A stretch of DNA of 60,341 bases, filler included, from Hausera hauseri (GCA_046269625.1; 10 parts of 10 records of this genome joined end to end with filler, not necessarily neighbours in it); one strand, 5' to 3'. Counted from the whole stretch's first letter, positions 26,055 to 37,519 are shown. Translations and numbers: made by a program. Notes: generated by a model not told the origin, from the sequence alone.

Positions 26055-26066
26055 TTTCTCCTCCCT
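26055..26066 (-). promoter_or_regulatory. Polypurine tract
   Basis: AGGGAGGAGAAA on the minus strand, identical to copy A. Confidence 0.9.
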
Positions 26067-26124
26067 GAGCTGCATCATCGCATGTGCCTATTGCGTCAGG
26101 AGTGGTGACGCCCATTTAGTGTCA

Positions 26125-28597
26125 TTACAGTAGGTCCAGTATACGCCGGAGACTACTGTCATCGAATGGGTCAGCAGGGAACCTTATTTCATCCACTTCT
26201 AATTGGTAATTAGTGCTGGGTTGGATTTGAATTTGGACTAGTCGATTACACTCGCCATTTGAGAAATATTTTAATCCGCTTGCCTCAGCCCGACATACTG
26301 GGGACGTGGTTTTCCCGTTTTCTAGGGTCCATGTTTCTAGGCAAGTACGACAGTACTTATGCCGGCATTCCCTGTTATCCATTTTAACGTATCCTTGCCA
26401 AATATTTTCTTTACAAACTGGGCAGATATCTTCGTCTTCGTTAGTATTTTCATCATCGAGGTCTATTTAGGGAATAATTCTAATTCGTTCAAATGCTAGT
26501 CCGTCATGATCACAATATAGGTAACCATGAAGTTCTTTTTGCTGAATGTTAATCGAGCTTTTCCGAAGATCATAGTTTACCAGGACCAACGTCCAATCTA
26601 TAACGGTTTCTTTATCCAGATCGGGAATTTTGCCTTCTCTCTGGTATGCCTGGTATTGCTTTTTCAACATTAATTTGATCTGGGCGTTCACGGGAATTGA
26701 CAGTTTGCCTGTTCTCTTTGATTTGAATACTGGGACTAAATATTGTCTAATTTTCGGGTTCCCCCAAACGTATTCACCATCTGGGGTATTACGCATTCCG
26801 GCGTTCTTCACATCGAATACTGCTTCCTTCAATTTCTAGTGGCTGCAGTATTCCGCTGTAATTAGTAGTTTTGGGTAATCCTTGGTTGTTGAATAGTGAA
26901 TATTTTCATCGGATCTCTTTCTTAAGTACGTTCACTCCGGAAAATACTAGTATAGAATCGGTTGCTGACTTTCTTCTTGGTGCATGGGTGCTATGTTTTC
27001 TTTTGAGCTGTTCGAACTGAGTTATATCCACCTCATTTCGGGATTCTTTGATAATTTGAAGATTTTCTTCTATTTTCTTCTTTTTCTTCTAAATTTTTAC
27101 TCCTTTCAGAACATTTTTCCCCTCAGGCAGCTTTGTCTCCTTCACTGATTTCCTTCCTCCCTTGTCTTCTTTACGATTTCTCTTCTTAAATAGATAATCA
27201 TACAGTGATAGTTTTCTCTTATTCATGGGCACTGTGGTTTCGGCTTCTTCTTCATTGGTGTTGCTGACTTTTTTCCGATACCCTTGCTAAATTTCAGGTA
27301 TCTTAAATATCGTTTGTGGTTCTACATACGTTGTTCTAGCCTTGGAGCTGGGGCCGTGGCTAGTGCTAGGTCTATCATCCATCTTTGCTGGAGTAGTAGT
27401 TGGTCCTGAGCTGGCTACTTGTATTGTTATTTTGTAGTTGGCTCGTTCTGTAGATTCGACAGTTCTAGAAGGAGAACGTGGTCCGAAGTACCTTCTGTGT
27501 CTAGCGCTCAGCTTTTCTGGAGCTTCTCAAGTTCTGGCTTGCATTGTCGGGAACCTATTCATGGTCCCATTTTAGTCCTGCATATATGTCGCGTTGATAT
27601 TGTAAACGCTGACTAGTTGTCAGCAATCAGCTTATTCTTACGTGTTTCCCGTTCATTGCTTTGAGCATTAACTTAAATTGTCTTTCAACGGTCGGTAGTA
27701 GATAACCATTTCTTGATTTAAGGGTTTGTACCATTTGCTCCATTATAACAGAGTGGGTTACTATCTCTCGCTTTCCTGCTACATGCGTGATTGGTAGTTC
27801 CAATGTTTCCATGATCCTTTCCACTTGATACCCGGCGATGATACATCCATATAATCAGTGGGTCAATTCTTCTCTGACCAGTTCGATATCCTTTCCATGG
27901 GCTAACTGTTCCTTTTCTAATCCAGTACCTTTTGAGTAAGTTTCTCTTACTCTCTTTCTCGAACTGATTATTTTCGGGTGAATTTCCGTTCCTCCTATCT
28001 CTCGAATGAACACTTCTATTGTAATATCGTTTCCGTCATATCCTTCTCCATAATTCACAGACATGATTCTGGAGTTCCGAGCATCCTGTACGAATCTGAA
28101 GGAGTGCAGATATTTTTCTCGACCTTTTTCTGTAGGTTCTTGTTTAAATTGTAAGGGCGGTAATCAACTTAACTGGCAATGCGGCAACTCTGAACTCTAG
28201 TTCACAGTTATAGTGATGGAAGTCGCCACTGTTCATCAAGAAGGTGCTGTAGCTGTGTTGTAGCCCTTGCGAGGAATCCCAAGCTTGGTCCTTCAGCCTG
28301 TAATAGATTCCTCCGTGTGCTACGTGAATAAATATGTTCTGATGATAGACACGTTCATATTGGATTAATTGTTGCAAGGCACACGCTCACGCATCTCATG
28401 GCATACAGACGTACTGTCCTATTCTCTTGTGTAGTTCCTTTAACATTATTGGGAATTTCACGAGTATGCTTGTATTCTACGAATGTTTTTCCTTGTAATT
28501 AGCTGTTAATTTGTCGGAATGTCGATTTGGATTGGAGAATTTACACTGTCGCACATTTCTGTAAGAAGTCGTGGATACTATGTCGACTTGTTTCCAT
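26125..28597 (-). pseudogene. Element accessory ORF ending in a C3HC4 RING finger (putative E3 ligase)
   Basis: EDEDICPVCKENIWQGYVKMDNRECRHKYCRTCLETWTLENGKTT(S)PVCR. Upstream fragments 26467, 27627, 27855 and 28144 lie on the same strand. The 5' boundary is inferred from a Kozak-like GCAGCCATGG. Confidence 0.7.
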
Positions 28598-28706
28598 GGC
28601 TGCTTGAGTACTTACCAATCTGAAAAATAAATGATAAGGGCTTATTCTCTGTTTGATAATAGAATAACCCGATCTGTAATTGTCAGGTTATTTTATCATA
28701 CATATA

Positions 28707-29636
28707 CTATTGGGGTTCCAATACCCTTAATTCTCTCTCTATGACATTAGAACGCTTACTATGGCAATTTTTGGCAACTGATCGAAAAGTCGCTATGAAA
28801 ATTATTAGCACGAACGTTGACAAACTTGCGATCATTATGATTTATAAAGTCGTTAATCCTTGGGGTTTTACAGAAACAATTTCTGTTGTCATGTCGAGTT
28901 CTGTGTCTTTGGTCGAGTGTGGTTTTGCCTGAATCTCATTTAAGGTATATAGTGCGAAAGTTTGACTCTGTTTGTCTTTTGCGTTTATTTGTATATATCC
29001 AGATTTTGGCTTTAATAAGTCACATTCAGTCCGATAAGTATTTTTCAATATGATTACTTCTTTATGATTATACATTGTACGGCAATTTATTTCAACGTCA
29101 TAGGTGAGCTTTTCTTCAACGGAAAACACTATTTTACACTGCTGTATCAAATATTTAACCGAAATCTTAACTAATTTCTTTTAGGCATTTTCCTTACCAT
29201 AGTGAGCCTAACAGTGGTGATCACTTGAGTGGTCGGTTTCTTCGTCGTTATATCGACTGCAATTTTCCAGACTCTACTGTCCGGATGATATCTTCCTAAA
29301 TAGGTAATCGATTTATTTATTTGAATTTTGTAGAGGTCCAACTGAAATTTGTACTCAGCCTTCCGGTATTCTACAATATTGATCTGGTCTCGCGTTTCCG
29401 ATGCTACAATAATTCGGAGACGGACTTGACTTATTTATTTTGATTAATCGAACTGAAATCTCCTGGTCGTTTGACAATCTTCCTTTCGTATTTATTTGGA
29501 TGCATTTGTCTTTCTTATCTTCCGAAATACCAATTATGTTTTCATCCAACACCCATTTTATCGGATCTGTTGATTGTACTATGTCGGTGAAATCTGTTAT
29601 ATTAATCCGTTCTCTAGTGGGTATCACTAATTTTAT
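28707..29636 (-). pseudogene. Post-integrase surface protein, copy D, with FN3-like domain, Thr-rich stalk, TM helix and short tail
   Basis: KIVFSVEEKLTY..CRTMYN..LKNT..TECDLLKP matches 15097-15420. It is followed in frame, past one stop, by IIMIASLSTFVLIIFIATF-RSVAK. Confidence 0.7.
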
Positions 29637-29736
29637 NNNNNNNNNNNNNNNNNNNNNNNNNNNNNNNNNNNNNNNNNNNNTTAATTAATTAANNNNNNNN
29701 NNNNNNNNNNNNNNNNNNNNNNNNNNNNNNNNNNNN

Positions 29737-29978
29737 TGAAAAATGCTTCGTAATCGTCTCAGCATGCATTCGATTCCGTCTAGCGATATCAATTCTTGCT
29801 GCTGATACAGAAAGTAATTTTTCTCTTTTGTCTCCAACTTGTGTGGTCTAGCATCCTCGTATGCTTCCAGATCCATTAAGGAATATCTTTGTTCTAGCTT
29901 AAACTTATCGCAGTCGTAGACGATTACAGCACCTATGTGCTTTATTAGCACCATCAAGGTGAGTAAGCTAATTAGCCA
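29737..29978 (-). pseudogene. env: N-terminus of the chuvirus-type glycoprotein, copy C
   Basis: WLISLLTLMVLIKHIGAVIVYDCDKFKLEQRYSLMDLE. Confidence 0.85.
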
Positions 29979-32900
29979 ACTCGATTCATTTCTTCGGTAT
30001 CCAACGTCCACCGTCGACAAATTACGTAACATATCATCGAGTTTATTATTGTTTCGTTTGTCTTCTTCGTTGTCAAATAGTCTTGACCAAATTTACTTCG
30101 CAGGGCAATCTTCTTGCTGCTTTTCGTGCTAAACTTATAGCTCTATTGATTTCATTCTCTCGATTAGGATTTATTTTGATGGTTAAGTATAGTAATACTT
30201 TCCTCAATTTCTCATTGGTTTTCTCTACCATTATCTTTTCCATTACCGACTCGTCGGTTAAGTTGCGTTTTTGGCTGCATCGAAAATTATCTTTTCTTTA
30301 TCGTCTAATGCATCACCTTGAAGGCTTGAATAGTTTACAATTCGTATCAGATTCTTCATTGGCTCATTTAATTCTTCATTATCTGTGCTAAAAGTCGGGA
30401 TTGACATTTGTCGCAATTCTCTAATCAATTCTCCATTGTAGTCTACTTCTTCTCGTGTTTTCTTGGGCCTACCTACTGGACGTTTCGGCTTTTGGCCTTT
30501 AGCTGTTATTTCACTCAGTGGTATTAAATTTATATCATATTGCTCCTTATTTTCATCCGTTTGCAAATACTCGAAATACATTGCAGCATCTCGGACTCCC
30601 ATAATTTGTCTTACATATTGCTCTGCCTTGGCCTTACGCGTAGCTTCCTCTCTTGTTTGTTCGTTAGCTATTACTGCAACTATCCGGTTCGTTTCGTTGG
30701 GAATAATCCCGACATCTGTTAGTTGTTCTAGGTCGTCGAGTATTCTACCTCTGAAGTAAAATTTGTAGTTCAACTTGTTTGTTCTGCCGTTGTTTATCAG
30801 CCATTCTCTTATATCTCTTAGATAAGAATATGTAGTTAACTCGCATTCCTTTTTGTCCATCCATTCGGATGATACTATTACTTTTATTGTCGTTTCAGGT
30901 TTAGCCTTTAAGATTTTAGCGTATTTCTTAATTAAAAGTTTCGGCACCGTAATATAAATAAATAAAAGTTAGTGTCGGAATAAGTTGCCTTAATTTACTT
31001 TCAGTGATGTTTACGTTAATTAGTTCGATTAGATCTTTTTCAGTTAGCGCTGAATCCAGGAGCATCTCCACATTAAATCGTCTGTCCTGCGGACATGTTT
31101 CTATCTCGTTTAATTGTACTGGAGTCATGGGCTTTTCGGTCAGTATTGCGTCGAAGTATGCATCCCATTCTGGCTCGTTCCCGACATCTGGATGTCCAGC
31201 GCCTACTAAGGCTACATTCGTACTCTGCACATTTTCTCGGATTTCTCTCAACCTAGACTGTATTTCTTTCATCTGCGAAGTTCGGAAACCTAATCCGTTT
31301 CCGCATGCGTACTGAATCATTTTTAGTAATTCACCGAATTCGTTAGGGTCGATGAGTCCCCTTTGGTGATAATCTGTTAATTCGATAATTACATCTTTTT
31401 GCAATCTTTGTACGAATTCTCGCCTATTTTTGACTTATGATTCCGTAAAAGCATATTTGTTCCGGTAAATTTCGAATTCTTTTGTTAGTTCGTCTAGCCT
31501 CGTTGCTCTTTGCTTCGTTTTGATGCACGTTTCCTCGGCTTGTCGTAATTTCGGCATTATTTGCCTCATCCTCTCCTCATTAATCTCTGTCATTTCTACA
31601 TTTCGTTTATGATTTTTGAGTCGGGATCTATCGCGTCTGACAGTTGCTTTACGAACGTAGCTTTCTGAAAACTAACATGTTGGTCATCTTTTATTTTTAT
31701 CAATTCGGTATGGAAGTTTTGATCTGATCCGGCCATCCATTCTTGAGGTTTATGCAAAAATTTTATCGTGTCCGTTAAAGTGATTCGGTGTTGCGGGAAA
31801 ATATTTAGTGTCTCGATATCTTGGACAGAAATCTGGTCAATGGGTTTATCGCTTAAATACTGAACCCCTTCTAATCAGATATTTCTCAATCGTGGATAAA
31901 AATTACAAGTCATATTTCGCTTTTCGGTAAAACTCGTCTCTTCGATCATTTCATAGATCTCTTCCAGTATCGTTGCTTCTTGTTTCTTCTTCATAAAATT
32001 TAGTCGTCGTAATGCTTCGAATTTCGTTCGGATATCTATTTCCGCTAGTATTGTATCTAGCTTACGTGCGCTTTCTTCTAACTGCTTTTTTACAGAAGGC
32101 TCATTTTCAGGGAATTCCTTCTTACGGCTCTCCACTAATTTGCTTAATCGCATTACTAATTCGGACCATTCCGACAGTTGATTTGCCATTATTGGCTTGG
32201 CCAATATAGCCTTATCTAGCATCTTGTATGCATCTTTTAACTCATCGTCCGGTCCTCTTAGGAAATCCATAATCCGGCCGACATAACTAAACTCTTCCTT
32301 GTACTCGTCCAACTCTACGATACGAGCTTTTATTACATATTGAGTCTCATCGTGATTTGGGGATATGATTCGATTCCTCAAGCTATAAATCTGTGCTCGC
32401 TTTTCATTTTCTGTCTTAACTCAATTTTCTAGGTTTGTATATTGTTTGGACGTAGCAAATGCGATTTTTACCATTTCCGTCAAGGGAGGAATATCTATCG
32501 GGTCTATACCCAATATTTCTAAATCGATATTACTTCGGTGGTTAACCGGTTTTTTCCTAAGCCGATTAATCATTGCGTGACGAATTTCATCCATCATACG
32601 TTCTATATTCCGGACTACTCTCTTTAGTTTTGGATCCGTTTCTAAGGAAGACAATAGCGTTTGAGCCTCAGCGACTTTTACGTCGACACTATCTTCACTT
32701 TTGCTCCATCCTTCCGAAAATTCTACCCCGCTTTTGATCCAAGATTCTAATTCATACTTCCATTTTAACAGCGTTTCAGGTGACACCTCTTCTGGTTGTC
32801 TCACGTCGAGCTTCCCTCCACTATATAGTTTCAAACTTTTATATAATCTCTCCGCATACTGCTGTTCCTTTCCCGATATGTCTACTTGTTCGCTAATTTG

Positions 32901-33728
32901 CTTAAGCCTCTCTAAATTTCGCTGCAGTATTTCTGGATTGTGGGATCTAATTCTCATTTTCTTTAATTCATTGGCGTTTTTCCACGAACGTCAAACTTTC
33001 CACTTCTTTGGATCGAAATCATCAGTAATCTCTGTTTCTTCTTCACTAATGGGAAGTGGGCAAATCTCGTTAACTTCGTTACTTGACTCTGCAGACTCCG
33101 TTACCTCGACAGGGGTAAGTGGCCCCATCTCTGGTGTATTCAAACTATGTTCCGTGTCGCCTCCTACGACGACCTTCGCGTTTTCCGTTTCTTCCCTTTT
33201 CTCTCTGGTTATTTTGGAGCATGAACGACTTCTACGTTTCATCTTAAGGGAAGGGCTGCGGCCTCTATTTTTCGTAATTTTAAGTATCAACGGTTCCATA
33301 AATTCTTTTTCCGCTGCATCATCATCAATAGACTTATCTACTTTTTCAACTGTTAACTCAGGCTCTGTGTCTAAGTCGACTGCCGTCGATGTGCCTGGTT
33401 TATCAGATGTTTTATTACTTGTCGGAACACTCTTTTTCCGTGTCATATCAATACGTTTAGGTTTTATTGCGTGTTCATATTCCGTTTCTGGTTCGGCTAG
33501 GCCGTGATATACTTCTGGTAGTCTCAACTTATCTCCGTATTCTTTTCTAGCCATTAAAATTCGCAAGTTAGCAGTATTCGGCTGAGCATCTAAGAATCTT
33601 CGTAAGTTTTGTATGTCGATGATAATACCTGTGTCTCCACGAACACCATATTTTGCTTCTAAATTTTCATTGATTCTAATCATATTAGTCTTATTTGGCT
33701 CAGTAAATGAAAGGCTACGCCGATTTGG
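29979..33728 (-). pseudogene. ~1,250-codon unknown region between the Gag zinc knuckle and the glycoprotein: charged/helical segments, ubiquitin-like domain 30669-30887, AT-hook KRPVGRPKK
   Basis: ORFs 32991, 32421, 31875, 30928 and 30258 are colinear and separated by single stops or frameshifts, several of which are open in copy B. Confidence 0.8.
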
Positions 33729-34694
33729 ACGACCTTGAAATATGTCCTTCTTTACCGCAAGTGAAACAGACTAAATTTCCATTTCTGCCGATTCTGTCGA
33801 CCGTCTTCGTTTACCGGTGACTTAGATCTATTTATACTTTTATTATACTGGTTTGACAAACTTTGCGCATTATCTGCATTTCGTCGATTATCATTATTTC
33901 GGTTATCGCCGTTTTGATTCGAGTAGTTCGAGCATTTATAATCTTCTCTATTCCTATCCCAGTTTAAATCTGATTTATTCATATTAGTATAATTATTGCC
34001 TCGGCTATATCTATAACTGTTATTATTATTTCGGTTCCCATAATTTTTGTTACCCTTAAATCGTCTGTCATCTCTTCCACGATTGTCATTCCGATTTCTG
34101 TCGATGCGATCACTTCGATCATTATTTCTGTCCTTTCTATCATTATGTCTGGCATATCTGTCGAGTGCCATTTCTAAATCCTGAGCCAACTGTAGAGTTC
34201 CTTCAAAATTTTCGGGCCTAGCCAAAATTAATTGTTTAACCAAATCTCGCGACCAAATACCATGGATTAATTGAGTCGTCATCATGACGTCTAAATCTGG
34301 CGGTGTTGCCTTTTCTGCGGCATCGCGTTCCGCATCTGTTTTAGCTCTAGCTACGTTGGCTATTCGCAGTGTGTTTATGTAACTATTGGCAAGTTTTTTT
34401 AACGCAAATGCAAATTAGGTTACTGATTCACTTTTTGTTGTACTCTATTCTGAAATGCCATAAGCTTTTGCTGAGGCGTTACAGTCGGTAATAATTTATG
34501 ATTTAATGCTCCTACCAGGGAGGACCAAGATTTCTTCTCATAATTAGTACGTTCGCTATACGCGTCAGCAGCTAGATCCTTCAGATATAGTGACAAGCTT
34601 CAGGAGTAAGGCTAGCACCTTCTGCGTGCAATTTATAAGTTCTCAAGAATTCATTAAGCCCGTCTGGGTCGCCATCGTATGCTGGCAGGTTTAG
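33729..34694 (-). pseudogene. gag: Gag (capsid, Asn/Arg-rich linker, CCHC zinc knuckle)
   Basis: LPAYDGDP..LNEFL, LSLYLKDLAADAY, NRVQQK.ESVT.FAFAL..LA (major-homology-region-like), QLIHGI, P.NFEGTLQLA..LE, and the frameshifted knuckle CFTCGKEGHISR at ~33730-33768. Confidence 0.85.
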
Positions 34695-34794
34695 NNNNNN
34701 NNNNNNNNNNNNNNNNNNNNNNNNNNNNNNNNNNNNNNTTAATTAATTAANNNNNNNNNNNNNNNNNNNNNNNNNNNNNNNNNNNNNNNNNNNN

Positions 34795-35916
34795 TGATCC
34801 CGTACGAGTTTACATAAAATGGCATACATGAAACACTTGTTGTCATCATTAAGGACGTTGATGCATGCCTTCTTATTAGTGATCCAATCATGGATCATAA
34901 TATACCCCGCATGGGAGAGTACTTGTGAACATACACAAGTAATCTCTTGATGGTCCATCCTCTCTTCTTATACTGGCTGTCATTGGCTTTACGGATCAGC
35001 TTCGCATGCTTTTCAAGCCTCAATTCTATACTAGTGGCTTCAAAAATGTGTTTATTTTTAGTCTTGAAGGCTATTTGGAATCTTCGCCATCAACATTGAT
35101 GTATTTAGCCTCAAGTTTCATATTACTCTTAATAACCTTGAACTCAACTATGTTGTCCTGCAGAATTCCTTCTGTTTCTTCCTGTGTGTACTCAAGGAAC
35201 TCCTTGGTGGTTCTTTGACCAGTTGCCTCAATGACATATTTGCGGATTTTTCTCTTTAATGCTGCAGCATCAACTGGCCACTGCCTTTGACTCTTTGATG
35301 GAGCCGGTACGCCTAATGCGCCTGATGTGCGTCTTAGTCCTGCATCTGGCTGCGGTACTGCACGCTGTGCTTCTGCAACTGGCTTATGTTATTTAAAGAT
35401 GGTCTTCTTTGACTTTGATGTGAAGTCAGTCAAATGATGTTTGTCATCTTCATAAAACTGTATGTATTCTCCATCATACACAGTCTCACATCCTGGGCAT
35501 ATATAATAGAGGATCTTTTTGAATTTGTGTCCATAATAGCTCCTCATGGCATTGTGACAATTCTGAGGGTTATGTATTGTAGATGTGCAATACATATATG
35601 AACTGCATTTTAGATTTTCCTTAAGCATGACAGTCATTATTGGCATATTGGTATTGAATATTTGTTTTTTCGACTTGGTGAAGGAAACTAGGTGCTGTTT
35701 ATGGGCAATGTAAAAATCTACATAATTGGTTTGGAACACCACCTCACATTTATGGCATATACAATACTGAACCCTGTTGTATAGAGGGCTAAAGTATTTC
35801 ACCATAATACTGTGGCAATTTTCAGGCTCATGGATTTGAGCCAGGCATTCACTGTAAAGTTTGCACATCTAAAAATCAAACAATTATTTGAGGAACACAA
35901 TTAGAAAATTTACCAT
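34795..35916 (-). pseudogene. N-terminal part of a Polinton-type pPolB (second copy)
   Basis: DWITNKKACINVLNDDNKCFMYAIL; close homology to 48697-49826; tandem Cys/His domain. Confidence 0.85.
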
Positions 35917-36197
35917 TCGTTGAAGCGATTTTGGAAATAATGAAAAAATATATCATATCACCATGTACTACCCAGTTTATTTATTGGTTTTAATGCACTT
36001 TTGATTTAATGCATAAAATAAATAAAATACAGGGCGGCACCAAACTCTGTTAGGTTTTCATATATAAGGATTCGAATGACGTCATTAGATTCTTCGAATA
36101 ATGCATGCTTGACCGAAAATTCGAGTTCGAATAGCTAAATATTCGAGTATATAGATGTAAGGACACTGGATCAGACTCCTTCCCCCGGGAAGGTAAG

Positions 36198-36296
36198 TAA
36201 CCAATCAGAGGACGACATGTCATCGGGGGTAGGAAAACTGACCAATGGGTGGAGGACACGTCAACGAGTGGTAAGGCAAACTGACCAATCAGAGAG
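36198..36296. promoter_or_regulatory. Three regularly spaced CCAAT boxes upstream of pPolB
   Basis: ACCAATCAGAG, ACCAATGG and ACCAATCAGAG with CCAAT at 36201, 36242 and 36285. Confidence 0.4.
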
Positions 36297-36414
36297 CAAT
36301 ATTCGGTAAACCCCCCTACAAGAACAAAAACTTTTTGATCTATGTTGGGTTTCACTCTTTCTCACCCCTAGAACAAAGTCCCCCGAGAACAAAGACCTCA
36401 GAACAAAAACCACC

Positions 36415-36545
36415 CCAAAATTGACTCCCCTCGAAATAAAAATTTACCCTCCTAGAAACAAAAATGGGTTCCTCTCGAGGTAAAAATTGACCCCTCAAGA
36501 TAAAAATTGACCCCCTCGAGATAAAAATGGACCCCTCTCAAGGGT
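36415..36545. repeat. Degenerate ~20-23-bp tandem repeats (AAAATTGACCCC..TCGAGAT)
   Basis: About six imperfect units are visible. Confidence 0.7.
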
Positions 36546-37519
36546 ACCCCTATTTCCCAATTTCTGGTATATATACCAATGTTAAAATGTCTATTATGAA
36601 AAATGGATGTACAAGACCAATTAATACAATTGCAACGTTTTGACCAATTATCATTTGCTCAGTTGGTAATGTTGTGCCCAACAAGGGCCTTGCTCTTTTG
36701 ATTTTTTGTTTTTTCTTGACTTGTAAATGCACTGTTATTGTTTTTTCTTTTGTTGCTATTTGTTTTCATTATTGCCGTCGAGTTGGTACAATTTTGTCAT
36801 TTTATCTCATCGTGCCCGGATTTGGCTGTCTAATCTGTCGAATTCGGTATTTAAAACTGACTATCTTACTTTTGAAATACTGTCGGTATCCATCATCATA
36901 GAGTTTCCATAGTTGTCGAAACGAAGTGATTACCCCACCATTTGGTAACTCGATCTCTACTTTCTTAGTTCAGCAGCCGAATAAAGGTATTCGATACATT
37001 CACTTACTACAATAATTAGCTTGTCAAGGACAACAGTTTAACATGAGCAATACCAATCGTGTAACTGTCCTTTTGCTCCTTACAAACAAAAGTGGTTTAT
37101 GCATCTGAATACAAAGACGTAGAATGGAAACGTTGGCCATTGAATGAATCAACATCGGTGCCGTTAGGTGATAAAACAAATTCGATAATGGGACCATAAG
37201 TTGAAACAATCGCAAAAAATTAGTAAAGGTTGACTCGATACAATATGAACTGACAATTACTTCAACATCACACTTATATGATTTCATTGAACTACAGATA
37301 TACTTCTCTACCTTGCAGCTTTTCCAATTAATCATGACAATATTGCTTGTTATTCTTTTTATTCAAGAAAACGTCAACAATCAAAAAAACTGTTGTAATG
37401 TAAAATCTTCATCACTACTTGCGGAACTTTTTGAATCTTCAACTGATGGTGCTGTAACAACATAACGATATTGATGATAAGTATTGAATTTGTAAATTTA
37501 AAAAAATTATATTTTGTAT

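Larger units (their letters stand above)
25619..29636 (-). mobile_element. Same LTR-element family, copy D: 3' end with surface-protein ORF, RING ORF, PPT and LTR
   Basis: Homology to copy A in the post-integrase ORF, and 53/60 identity in the block that spans the PPT. Confidence 0.88.
29737..34694 (-). mobile_element. Same LTR-element family, copy C: gag, the full unknown region and the start of the glycoprotein
   Basis: Colinear homology with copies A and B; this copy also carries gag. Confidence 0.92.

Noticed and set aside
32701-33507. 268-aa plus-strand ORF and similar antisense ORFs (16181, 16886, 30463, 31004, 48812)
   Set aside because: Shadow frames opposite recognisable coding regions; Ser/Leu/Phe-rich with no motifs.
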